Source of the DNA: Toensbergia leucococca
Lineage: Eukaryota
Length of the DNA: 34,479 nucleotides
Reading direction: 5' to 3'
Assembly (NCBI GenBank): GCA_022813965.1
Contig: JALDZS010000230.1
Coordinates: forward strand, 1 to 34,479
Shown here: in pieces, positions 24,092-34,479 of the stretch
Position numbering within the stretch: the stretch's first letter is position 1
Layout: each line of letters starts with the position of its first letter
The notes under the pieces: generated by a model
What the model was told of the DNA's origin: nothing
Seen by the model: only the letters and a program-made list of their open reading frames with translations
The model's database searches: none
Translations under genes and position numbers: made by a program

Positions 24092-24458
24092 GACAGACTT
24101 GGGACTAACGGAAACTGAGCGGAAGGAAGGATCGTGTTTGAAAAGTAAAAGGATGGAAGTGGGTTGACTCTGGATTGAATTAAAGTGTTAGATAGAGTTT
24201 GAGCCCCATTACTCCGTAGAATACTGTGAGGCTGATACAAGGCTTGACATGTGGCTGGCATCATCTGAGGCGGTGCATGAGCATAAATTAACACGCCGTC
24301 GACAAGAAAATTAAGGTACGGATAAGTACTATATAATTCACAAATTTTTTCGATTCTCCCTCTCCATTCCCCTTTCATTTCTTTCTCATCTCAAATTTCA
24401 ACGCTGCTGCGAATTACATTTCCCGATGCCCGTCTAGAGATCTGTATACTCTGAACTT

Positions 24459-27400
24459 ATGTCTGGCCAACCTCCTGGGAGTGCTGGCTCATCAGCATCT
24501 CGACCCGTAACTAATGGCACCACCAATGGAGGCATAGCCTTAACAATCCCTCCTCAACAGAGAACGAGCGAAGGCCAAATGGCGACGTCTAGTTCGAATA
24601 GCCAAAATGGCAACATGTCACAGCAGAACCTCAATCAAATTGTAAGGCTTTAGACTTTCATTCGAGATGCCCAAGTATACTTTCATGCCTTGTTTGAATG
24701 TAGTTTGCCTCCTCCATCCAGCCCCAAGTCTCTGTCTATGTGAGTTTCTGTGACCTGTGCGCATTCGCTGTAATGTCGTGGGTAATGTGCCAAAAAACAA
24801 TTGATTTTGCGCCTTGACGTGTGCTTCCTTCCGTGTATCTGCTGGCCATGGCAGACTCAACACCGCTTTCCGCCAGAGATAGCTGGACGCTACTAGTTCC
24901 AACGCACAAATTACAGAATCCAGTATTGTGCAAAAATAGACAACACTGGACCAGCAAGCAAACACATATTCCTACATGAAACAACCTGTCTCTTATCGGC
25001 CTTTTGTATGATCCTTCTTAATTTCTACGCTCTATTTAGTGTGCTGGAAAGCTTGAATCAGCATGGAAGTGCCAGACGGGAGCAGCGATGTGCTTGACAA
25101 CCCACCTCCGCGACCAACACAATCCGGCAAGGCGCCCGACAATCGTCGAAGGAGCAGACGTGCCAATGCCGGCTCCAAGACTCTGACAAAGCCACAATAT
25201 ACTGGTAGAGCTCCGGCACCGGAGCAAAAGAGCCCACGGTCTCGAAAGAACCCAAGGTCTAGACGTTCTAGGACCCAAGCACCCCCAGATTCCAACAGCC
25301 CATCCAAATCTTTGGATATTGAAAGCTCCCAGGATATAGCAACTTCTCAAGATGTCAGAAGTTCCTTGCCTGCTCAATTGACAAAGAGGAGCAACACTTC
25401 TCTTAGACGTAGGACGAACTTGTCCGCCGACGAATCAGCTGTTTTCGATTCCGAATCGCCAGCACTGCATACTGAACACACGAAGAGCGGAATGGTCGCT
25501 AGTGACGGCGCAGATGAGGCTCTGGATACTTCGAATTGTGCTCCAATCCCAGCAGAAGCTTTAGTAGAATCCGCTATTCCCGGCACAAGCCCCACGAAGA
25601 AAGGTTGTGTTGGCCCCTCTAAACCAACATACCAATCACCATACAGCAATACTACTGAGACGTATCCGCACAATCCACATGGGTCATCTGCCAGCTGTGA
25701 CCGATCAGAGCTCTCGGACGGCAAGAGACACCGGAGTCAATCTACTCCCAAGGACAAAGCTGCACCTAGTCTAAACCGTGGTAGAAGGGGTCGAAACCAA
25801 TCTCTACGCTCTAGTTCTGGGCAACAATCAAACGAGGGTCGTACCCTGAGATCGTCCTCAAGGCGTTCAAGTTCACAGCTTCCACTAGAATCTTCAGAGA
25901 GTGTTCTAGAACCAGCCATTCAATCAGAATTTGATGAGAGCGCAGCTATTCCCGAGCTACAGAAAGATCAGTCATCTACTGGACGTAGCAGCTCAGACGC
26001 TATTCTTGAAGATACTGAGGCTGGAGACTTAGAGTCCCATGCAGCAATTGAGAAATCCTCCACAGAATCCGACGTGGGGCAAGCATGGCCACTTCATCCG
26101 ACGGCAAGTCATCTAGCGACTCGACCGGATGTCTTTTCTCGTTTGTTATTCCTGAAGCATGTATTATTACCTTTGCAAAGGCTGTGATCCATTCTCTTTC
26201 TCACTATCCTTCATGTGCACAGACTTACTTGACTGCTCGTGGCCATCTTTCGTTTAAAATTCCACGTTTTGCGTTTGTTACCTTAACTCTATCATTCAAA
26301 CACCCCCCTCTTCACTTCGCACACCCCCTCTTGACTCACAATCTTTTCCTGACTTTCCTTCATCTGCGAAAATGGACACTAATGTTCAGCGGAAGGTTAT
26401 TGAATACTTGTCGAAAAAAGGTTACAGTCGTACTGAGTCGATGCTCCGTATGGAATCAGCAAACCAAGATGGCGAAGGAAGACCCATACACTCAAGAGTC
26501 GACGAAACCGGAGGTGCAAGATATGGTCGGGCTTTCGGTGAGTCTGAAGGACAACAACTCGGTGTATGAATTGAGTACTGATTGTCCCACAGATTTGATG
26601 AGACGTTGGATAGAGGAAAGCTTAGATATTTACAAGGTAACACTGCTCTTCGGTTTGTTTTCCAGTATCTCATACATTGCAGGCCGATCTACGACGACTT
26701 CTTTGGCCTATTTTTGTGCACTCCTTTCTCAATTTGGTATCGGAAAACTACCCAAGAGATAGCCAAATATTTCTCAATGCTTTCAAGGGTCTCTTCGAAC
26801 GTGAACACCTAGACGAACTACGGCAATTGGAACCTTTAAGTCTCCCCGAACATGTCACCGAGAGTAACATTGGTAAGGTATATCGAGGGGCAAAATATCG
26901 GGTGAAATTGAGCAGCCTTGCTTTCTTCAACCTCATACAATTCCTTGAGAGTAAGGAACGGGAGGGGGGTGCTGTCATTGTGAGCGTCATACAAAGCGGC
27001 CTCCAAACCGTGACGGTTGAGCGTGCCGCGGATGACCAGCATAGCCTTGCAAGAATGCTTGGGCGTGCCCAGGCAATTGAGGATTTTCCTGCTGAAGATG
27101 AGGGAATACCTGGCCATAACCCTGGATCGGCAAGCACAGATCGAAATCCAAATTCGACGGTTTTGACGAGATTGAAGCTTGGTCCAATGCCTATGGACCC
27201 CGAAATGGTCAGCGACGTTCGAGATGAGTTGGACGAGTACGATGTAAGAGATCCTCCAACTGACGGCCAGATTTCACTTCGCGAGAACTTTGAACAACAG
27301 ATTAAAAGAGAAGAAAGCGAGGACGCGCCCACCCGCACTGATCTTCCTATACCGTCAAGTCTTGCTCGCGATGTTATTATGGAGGTCCAGAAGGTTAAGG

Positions 27401-28594
27401 AAAATCGTGACCGCTTTAAGATTGAGGGAAGAACTGGTGGCGTAGGTCCAGGTGTTAGCGTTACTATGTTCACTTTTCATAATACTTTTGACGGGTAAGT
27501 AGCATTACTAATGCCTTTCATGATGGCACTGCTAACGAATGAATTCCATGTCCAGTATCAATTGCTTAGATTTCTCCGACGACAATCTTCTCGTAGCCGC
27601 GGGTATGGCGGAGTCTTACATCCGGGTATGGAGCCTGGAAGGCAAAGCACTACCTTCAGTACTTCCCAATTCACAGCCTTCTGCATCTCAACGTCTCTTT
27701 GGACACTCTGGCCCTGTCTATGCCGTTTCATTCTCTCCATCTATCGCTTCTGATATCCCCATGGCCCCTCCGACTAAATCAAGATATCTACTTTCCTGCT
27801 CTGCCGACAAGGATGTGCGTCTTTGGTCTCTTGAAACATGGACCTGTCTGGTAATATACAAAGGCCACACACATCCAGTATGGGATGTAATATGGGGTCC
27901 CTTCGGACACTATTTTCTGACCGGCTCCCACGATAGATGTGCACGCCTGTGGACTACTAGCGAAATTTCCTATGTCCGGATGTTTGTCGGCCATGACTCA
28001 GACGTCGATACAGTGTGCTTCCACCCCAACAGTGTTTATGTCTTTACGGGGAGTAGTGACAAGATGGTGCGAATGTGGGCTGTCAGCAATGGATATCCGG
28101 TCCGCATGTTCACAGGGCATACGGGAAATGTCACCTCTCTAGCATGTAGTCCAAGTGGCAAGATACTGGCCTCGGCGGATGATGCCGGAACGATTATTCT
28201 GTGGGACCTTGGGCCGGGTAGGTTACTAAAGCGGATGCGAGGGCATGGTAAAGGTGGTATTTGGTCGCTGAGCTGGAGTGTGGAGTCCACTGTCCTTGTC
28301 TCCGGTGGTATGGATGGAACAGTACGGCTCTGGGATATCATGGGTGCCAATGATGCGAGCGGCCAAGGAAAGGTGATTGGAGAAGGGGGAACGGGACAGA
28401 AGATTGACGGAGGAGGGCAAGCGCAGGCTGGAGTTGGAGTGGCGGGAGCGGGCGCGGGTGGCAAGAAAAAGGGGAAAGATGTGGTGGTTACGTCGGATCA
28501 GATCAGTGCATTTCCTACGAAAAAGAGCCCGGTCTACAAGGTCAAATTCACCCGACAGAATTTGGTCATTGCGGGCGGCGCATACTTGCCTTGA
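24459..28594 (+). CDS. TAF5: TFIID/SAGA subunit TAF5; exons 24459-24641, 26396-26537, 26593-26636, 26683-27494, 27556-28594
   Basis: LisH MSQQNLNQI|VIEYLSKKGYSRTESMLRME, NTD2 (LDIYKADLRRLLWPIFVHSFL), SVTMFTFHNT, WD40 repeats (GHSGPVY, YKGHTHPVWDV, FVGHDSDVD..FHPN, FTGHTGNV), C-terminus AFPTKKSPVYKVKFTRQNLVIAGG. Confidence 0.93.
25063..26187 (+). CDS. 374-codon S/R/P-rich ORF nested, same strand, inside TAF5 intron 1
   Basis: ATG-to-TGA 1125-nt ORF lying wholly within intron 24642-26395. Disordered composition, basic NLS-like clusters (RRRSRR, RSRKNPRSRRSR, RGRRGR), and an ordered-looking hydrophobic tail WPLHPTASHLATRPDVFSRLLFLKHVLLPLQRL. Confidence 0.55.
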   Translation: MEVPDGSSDVLDNPPPRPTQSGKAPDNRRRSRRANAGSKTLTKPQYTGRAPAPEQKSPRSRKNPRSRRSRTQAPPDSNSPSKSLDIESSQDIATSQDVRSSLPAQLTKRSNTSLRRRTNLSADESAVFDSESPALHTEHTKSGMVASDGADEALDTSNCAPIPAEALVESAIPGTSPTKKGCVGPSKPTYQSPYSNTTETYPHNPHGSSASCDRSELSDGKRHRSQSTPKDKAAPSLNRGRRGRNQSLRSSSGQQSNEGRTLRSSSRRSSSQLPLESSESVLEPAIQSEFDESAAIPELQKDQSSTGRSSSDAILEDTEAGDLESHAAIEKSSTESDVGQAWPLHPTASHLATRPDVFSRLLFLKHVLLPLQRL

Positions 28595-28962
28595 GGAAGA
28601 AGATGGCTGGGGTAGGACGAACAGTCCCTTCTCGTGCTCTGCTCGTTAGGGAGATGGCGGTATCTATCAGTTGGTGTTCAAAGATGGATCTTGCGAGATT
28701 GATGGTGTTATGTTGGTCCACTGGGCACGATCTTGTACTTGGTTTGATCAATAGACTCCTTGTACATTAAGCGTTCATCAACGATTAACGACATTTAGTC
28801 TCGTAGTCGCATAGTACGAGATCGAAATTAATACCCAAGTATGATCGTCGACGATGAGTCTATATCAAGCCTCGCTATGCAAAAATTATCGTTTTTTTTT
28901 CAAATCGTACATCTCAGGAAACTTCCATTACATCCATCAACGGGTTTTCTATACCATTGCCT

Positions 28963-29862
28963 TCATTTCCCCTCAGAAGACTCTTCCTTGACCCTCCGAT
29001 GCAAAATCTCGTCCACAATCCCTACCTCCAGCGCCTCCTCCGCCCCCATGAACTTATCCCTCTCCATCAACCTCTCAATCTCCTCCAACGTATGCGCCTT
29101 CGTCAAATGCCTCCGATAAATACCATTCAACTGCTCTCTCACCCTCAAAATCTCCTTGGCATGAATGGCAATATCGCTCGCCTGGCCAAAATAGCCCCCA
29201 CTGGGCTGATGCACCATGACGCTACTATGGGGCAGACAGTAGCGTTTCTTGGGGGCGCCACCGCAGAGGAGGAGGGAGCCCATTGAGGCGGCTTGGCCGA
29301 CGCAGGTGGTGGTCACGGGCGAGGAGATGTAAGTCATGGTATCGTAGATTGCGAGGCCGGCGGTGACGCTGCCGCCTGGGGTGTTGATGTAGAGGTTTAT
29401 GGGCTTTTCTGGGGCGTCGGCCTCAAGGAAGAGGAGTTGGGCTACTATTGAGGCGGAGACGGTTTCGTCGACTGTGCCATTGAGGCAGATGATTCGTTCC
29501 TGTGGGGTGGGAGATATCAGCTAGGGGTGTGCTTTTGGGGGGGAAGGGGTTGAGGGGGTTACCATGAGGAGCCGGGAGAATATGTCATCTTGGGGGGATT
29601 AGCGGCGGTGGGTGTGAGGGCAAGTATAGTATCTGTACATGTGTGCCAGCCACCTCCCTGGATAGTCAGCATTTTCCGTTGTGGAGGCCAAGGCAAGAGG
29701 GCGACATACCACTGTCTCCGTCACAAACGGGGTCGGCGTCCAGCCCCGAGGTGGTTGCGCCCCGGCATATCCTGAGAAGAGTTTCCCGCCCAGTCTTGAA
29801 GCATTGTGCAGCGCAGTTGAGGTGAGCGGTCGTAAAAAGGGTTGTCGAACCAACGCCACCAT
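28963..29862 (-). CDS. clpP: Mitochondrial ATP-dependent Clp protease proteolytic subunit; exons 29862-29710, 29657-29639, 29588-29563, 29499-28963
   Basis: Presequence [13 protein letters not shown].., [37 protein letters not shown], catalytic GQAASMGS (Ser), MVHQP (His), ERDKFM (Asp). Confidence 0.95.
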
Positions 29863-29970
29863 CTTGACTCTCATAAATTGGATGGTTGGGTTGCAAAGGT
29901 GTAGAATAAATAGACTAACCGAAAACTTTCTGCAAGTCCTGGTCTCTACCATTCTACGCCATTGAGGGTA

Positions 29971-31294
29971 ATGAGGAAGTGCTCTATACGGAAGTACCTT
30001 CCATTGCTGAAGCTACAGAAGAAACACGAGCTACCTGCTTTAACCTCTTCAAGGTCTTCGTCCCAGTCATTGAGGTTGACGTCTAGAATATTCGACAATG
30101 GGGGCTCTTCATCGGAGACGCAGGGGTGGGTGGAGAAACACACTCAGAACAAGGAATCAGACGCAATACATTCCAAATACCTAGATGACCATGGACACGA
30201 AGCAGAAGCACTAGCCTCGAAGCACGGCCTTCCCCTTTCACCATGGATGGACCCCCATCTCATCGCAGCCCGCGAGCGGTACCGGACCCCCAAGTCGCTA
30301 CCAAGCAAGGAACTCTCGCCCTTTCAGCAGAAGCTAGAGAAGAACGTATACGGTTTGCATTTCAGTCTCTTCCCGCTCGCAGAGTACATATTTGACAAGG
30401 CACACAGCGCAAGCCCTAGCAACTCCAATACGCACATGTAACCTTACCGGAGTCCGACTACCCAGGCTTTTTCTCCTCGCTTTCGGCCTGAAAAGACATC
30501 CCGAAACGGGAGCGCCATGGCTTCTACCGGAAGGTCTTTATAAACCCGAGACCAACCGCAGCAATGCTACCAAGGAGAAGCATACCTCTCCTCCAAGTCC
30601 AGCTTCCGCGAACAACTCAGACTCCACCGCAGATCCCTACGGCTACCCTCCCAAAATTACTGCCCAATTGCCCCCCAAAGCCAGCGGCACAGCGACCCAT
30701 TTCCTTTCCCAGTCCCCAGCACTCCTCTTCATCACTCGACTGCGCCTGAAAGACTACCTCAAAGTAATTCCTATGCGCTGGAAAGACCTTAGCGGCCTGC
30801 AACCCAAAGAAGTACTCTGGCGCCAAGACACAGACACCTTCGTCCTCGACCTACTCCGCAAGAAGGTCCTAGGGCAGCTAAAATACCTATCTAAAAGGCC
30901 CGCAGCGTATATTGTCCGCTGCCACGAGGACAATGCGGATATCAATTCGCATCATCAAGTTGGTGTGATATTCTGGCTTGGACCTTTGCAGCCTGTAGAA
31001 GACGTCCCCGAAGAGCTCGAATCTGGCAACCTCCAGCCAAATTCCCACAGTTCCCATATTCCAAATCTAGACTCAGGACCCCAATCATATGCCACAATCT
31101 TATACAAGCACCAATACCTCCCACTCTACAATCTCCCCAGACTCCTGGGCGCAAATAACGTCCTTCAGCTACGAGAGCACAGCTCGCTGTTCGTAGGCGA
31201 GATGGCGGTCCTGAAAAATAAGAAAATCACACTGGACGTGCAATTGTGGCTGTGGAAATTAGAGGGGTATGTGGGACAGGGTGGTGAAGGGTAG
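29971..31294 (+). CDS. Conserved-looking hypothetical protein, probably mitochondrial (possibly RRG8-like); exons 29971-30352, 30408-31294
   Basis: Intron GTTTGC..ACAG joins two ORFs in frame, giving FQQKLEKNVYAQALATPIRTCNLTGVRLPRLFL. Also HPETGAPWLLP, PLYNLPRLLG and LWLWKLEGY. Basic N-terminus. The RRG8 resemblance is from memory and is weak. Confidence 0.7.
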
Positions 31295-32806
31295 ACGGGA
31301 GACTTTGAGTGCGGTGTAGAAATTGGGGAGGCTCTGTCCCTGGAAATATACCTCCCGCATTGTATATGTAAATATATCGAAGCATCCGCCCTACTGTTGT
31401 CCATCTACAAAAACCCTCTCGGATTAGCTGCGGCAGCTCCCATCCTCGCCTTCAGTAAGAACCGAATGGACGGGTATGCCTCTGCGAAAGAGAGTAGAGC
31501 ACACAGACATGCGGAACATATCAGCATGAGCAAGAATTGACCAGAGTTGAATTATCAGTCAGGCCCTGAGCTCGAACGAAACATCAGGCACAGAAACCAT
31601 CAGAGTGCACAACACATTAAAATTGAACAATGAAACCAATCACCTCATAACTTACACACCTCGACGAATAACAATAGCAGCAGGCAAGAAGAAACTGCGG
31701 ATTTCCAGAAACCTCCAGGAAATGAAGCCAGCATTCTTCTATCCACGGTCAAAAAAAAGGGTGCCTCAAGCATATCAAACCGAGTCGAACCGCCATAATC
31801 TACGGTCCACATTCGCTCTCTCAACCCGGTCTTTTGAATCTCCTGAGACAAACCCTCCCATAAGCTCCCCTGAAATCCAATTGAGGTTTCCCAACCCATC
31901 CTCACAGCAAAACAGTCCACCTCACACCAAACTCAAACCAAAACATCCAATTCAACCCCCTTCTAAAATCCCTCCCCCCAGTCAAACAAACATCACCCCA
32001 ACAAAGCAGCCACACAAGCACAACTTCCTATACGAACCTCTCCGCAAATCTGTCCAGCTCGTCGCGAACACCAAATAACTAGGATAACTTCAGTCCTCAC
32101 CACCGTTTCCTTTCCGAGCGGTATGTGAGCCAACCAAAGACACTTTAGCAAGAGAAGACGGGAAGTATTACGCATAGAGTGCAGGAGTGTATTTATCCTG
32201 GTTAAATGCCCAGGGAGAAAGACGAATACCTGACGATAGTGTAAGGTGGACATAGTATTTCATGCGCAAAATAGATGTCAAGGGGCAGGGATGAGTGAGT
32301 TGAGAAGATACGTTGAAAGAAAGGATGTCAAGAATCGTGGCAGGAATCAGGCCAAATTCCCCCTCCCTCCATGGCAAGACTTGCACTTCTTCCCACCCCC
32401 CATATTCACTCCCTAAAAACCAAAGCCCATCCCAACAAGCCTCCAACCCTCCACCCTCCGGCCCCCCATCCCTCAGCAAAGACTCCCTGCATTTCTACCC
32501 TCACCTCTCATCTACCTATCCGTACCAGCCCCAACATCCCCCAAAGCCCTCAAATCCTCCTTCCCACCTCCACATATTCAAGGAAAGCAAGCCACAAGCG
32601 GCGGGATTGCCTGAAAGAGTAAGCACATTTTCGTACATGCATGGCCCCTCCCCCGTTTTGCAGGAACCCCTCCACTCTTCCAGGGGTCGGGTTTGGAGCC
32701 GGGGTGGGCCTTGTGGCCACAAGCAAATTCTTTCAGATCTGGTCTGCGGGCAAATTGCACAACTGCAAGGTATAAATCCATATAATGTTTTTCCTCACAC
32801 CGAACG

Positions 32807-34090
32807 CACACACACACACACACAAAAAGACCAAAAAAGCACATTGAAGCACAATTAAAGGGAAAAAATTGAGTACAAGAATCGCACGATATATACCTAC
32901 CTAGGTACACTCTTCTAATTTTTTTTTTTTTTGCCGACTCGCGTTCCAATACCATTACCCAACGATTTCAACTCATTTAGTCCCAAATGAAACCAAACAT
33001 AACATGAACAGCACTTCCCCCCCCCTCCCAATCCCAAATCCCCAAACCTAACACAAAATCCCAACCCTTGCCCCAAACTCCATTCCCTCCCCCTCCCTCC
33101 CAGTCACACAAAGCACCCTCCCCACCCCGTCAAAAAAACCCAAAAAACCACCAACAAACAAAAGCCAACACCAACCCTCTCATATTCCCCCCCACAAGAC
33201 AGAAAGAGTAAAAAACGTCCCACAACGCTTCAAAAGCTGTTCCAACACATGGGGTCAAAGGATCGAAACGCGGGCTTTGATGTCCCGGTTATGTAGCCCC
33301 TCCTCAAAAAGCATACCTTTTCATTAAATAATGAAGGGCGGGATGCCAGCATCTCTGTATTCCAGCCATCTAGAAGAAAGCAGGGGCGGGGGGAGGGAAG
33401 AAGACGGGAAAGGGATATTCCTCCCGGGGGGGAAGAGGGAATCTCACAGCCTCGCGCACACAGAGGGAGAGAGGAATATCGCAGGCCGCTATTCTTTTCT
33501 TTCTTTCATTCTCATTTGGTATTCCTCAGGGGTCACAGCTATGAAAAGCAGTGTACAGAAAGAGCCACCCTACCCCCCCACATCTACATCCACACACATC
33601 CACATCTCCTCCCTCCCCACAACAAACAAACATAACCAAAAAAATAAAACAAGAAAGAAAAACCCCCTCAATCACTCCCACCAGCCAGAAGAAGAAGAAG
33701 AAAAACACCCCAGATCCAAAAAACGCACTTCCCAACATCTCCTCTCCTCCACCTCACCTCCACCCCCACCCCCACCTCGCCTCCAACCCCACCCCCACCC
33801 CAAAAGCCTCAAAGTCCCATCCCCCCCCCCCCCGGCCCCCCAACCCAAAAAAAAGAAAAAAAAATAAGAAACAAGTCACAGAACCCAACCCCAATCACCC
33901 CAACCAACCAAACCACACAAAAAAAACCAACGACCCAAACCGCGCGTGCTGAATTCTTGCACTGCAGTGTCCGACATTGAGACGGGGGTGGGGATAGTGG
34001 ATGTGAATGTTGAATAAAAAAAAACCCCCCCAAAAACATAATGTGAGATTGAGGGGTTTAGTTGGTCTTTTTGCCAAAAAAAAAAGCGAA
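32807..34090. repeat. Low-complexity A/C-rich tract with (CA)9 microsatellite (32807-32824) and many A, C and T homopolymer runs
   Basis: Directly visible. The ORFs called here are P/K/H/N low-complexity artefacts. Confidence 0.75.
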
Positions 34091-34479
34091 AGGAGCTTTG
34101 TTTTTTGTAAGGGTTAAGAGTGCTGTTTTTTCTTTCTCTTTGTTAGTAAGAGGGAGGGAGGGGTTGGCGTGGGCCGTCGGTAGAGTGAAGTTTGGTGTGT
34201 GTGGGTTTTGCAGTGTGGGAAAGTTTTGGTTCGATGGCGCGAAAGGGGCGGTTGGATGTTTGTTAGTGGCTCTAATGAGTATTTTTTAACTTCAGGTTAG
34301 TATCAACTCAAGCCAAGGAAATGAAATCGGCATATTCAAATTGAAGTTCCACCGGGATTCGCATCCATTTTCCCACAGGGCAGCAAACCAAAACCAAAGA
34401 GAGTTTATCGGATCGACAGTAAAAAAGGGGGTAACATCGCTATTCCAAACACCTCCGCACAATGCAAGCCCAAACCATC

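Noticed and set aside
33331..34289. ORFs of 60-178 aa with poly-P/K/F
   Set aside because: Translations of homopolymer-rich low-complexity DNA with no domain signal.
31300..34479. Telomerase RNA, RNase P/MRP, TPP riboswitch or snRNA in the long non-coding tail
   Set aside because: I found no exact telomere template (CCCTAACC/TTAGGGTTA; the nearest is TAAGGGTTA at about 34108) and no recognisable conserved boxes. An Infernal/Rfam search would be needed.

Overview
Eukaryotic, intron-containing, gene-dense window from a filamentous ascomycete (Pezizomycotina-type GT..AG introns with CTRAY-like branch sites; finer taxonomy cannot be fixed from sequence alone). By hand-splicing I built models for these genes, in order: M18 aspartyl aminopeptidase (+), PHO13-like HAD phosphatase (+), pyruvate dehydrogenase E3-binding protein PDX1 (-), a putative mitochondrial 2-TM protein (+), an orphan ORF interrupted by one TAG (-), SMC1 (-), GPC1-like acyltransferase (+), DCR2-like metallophosphoesterase (+), VPS5 (-), MED11 (-), TAF5 (+), ClpP (-) and a possibly RRG8-like mitochondrial protein (+). 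About 3 kb of low-complexity A/C-rich sequence follows. Four features stand out. (1) TAF5 intron 1 is 1754 nt long, splits the LisH motif and hosts a 374-codon same-strand ORF plus cryptic splice modules. (2) PDX1/E3BP has cleanly lost its lipoyl domain. (3) A perfect 37-bp inverted repeat with a 13-nt loop lies at 9352-9438. (4) A possible spliced orphan transcript runs on the minus strand at about 31450-32480. I recognised no rRNA, tRNA, CRISPR array or intact transposon. All gene identities rest on recognising sequence motifs, not on database searches.
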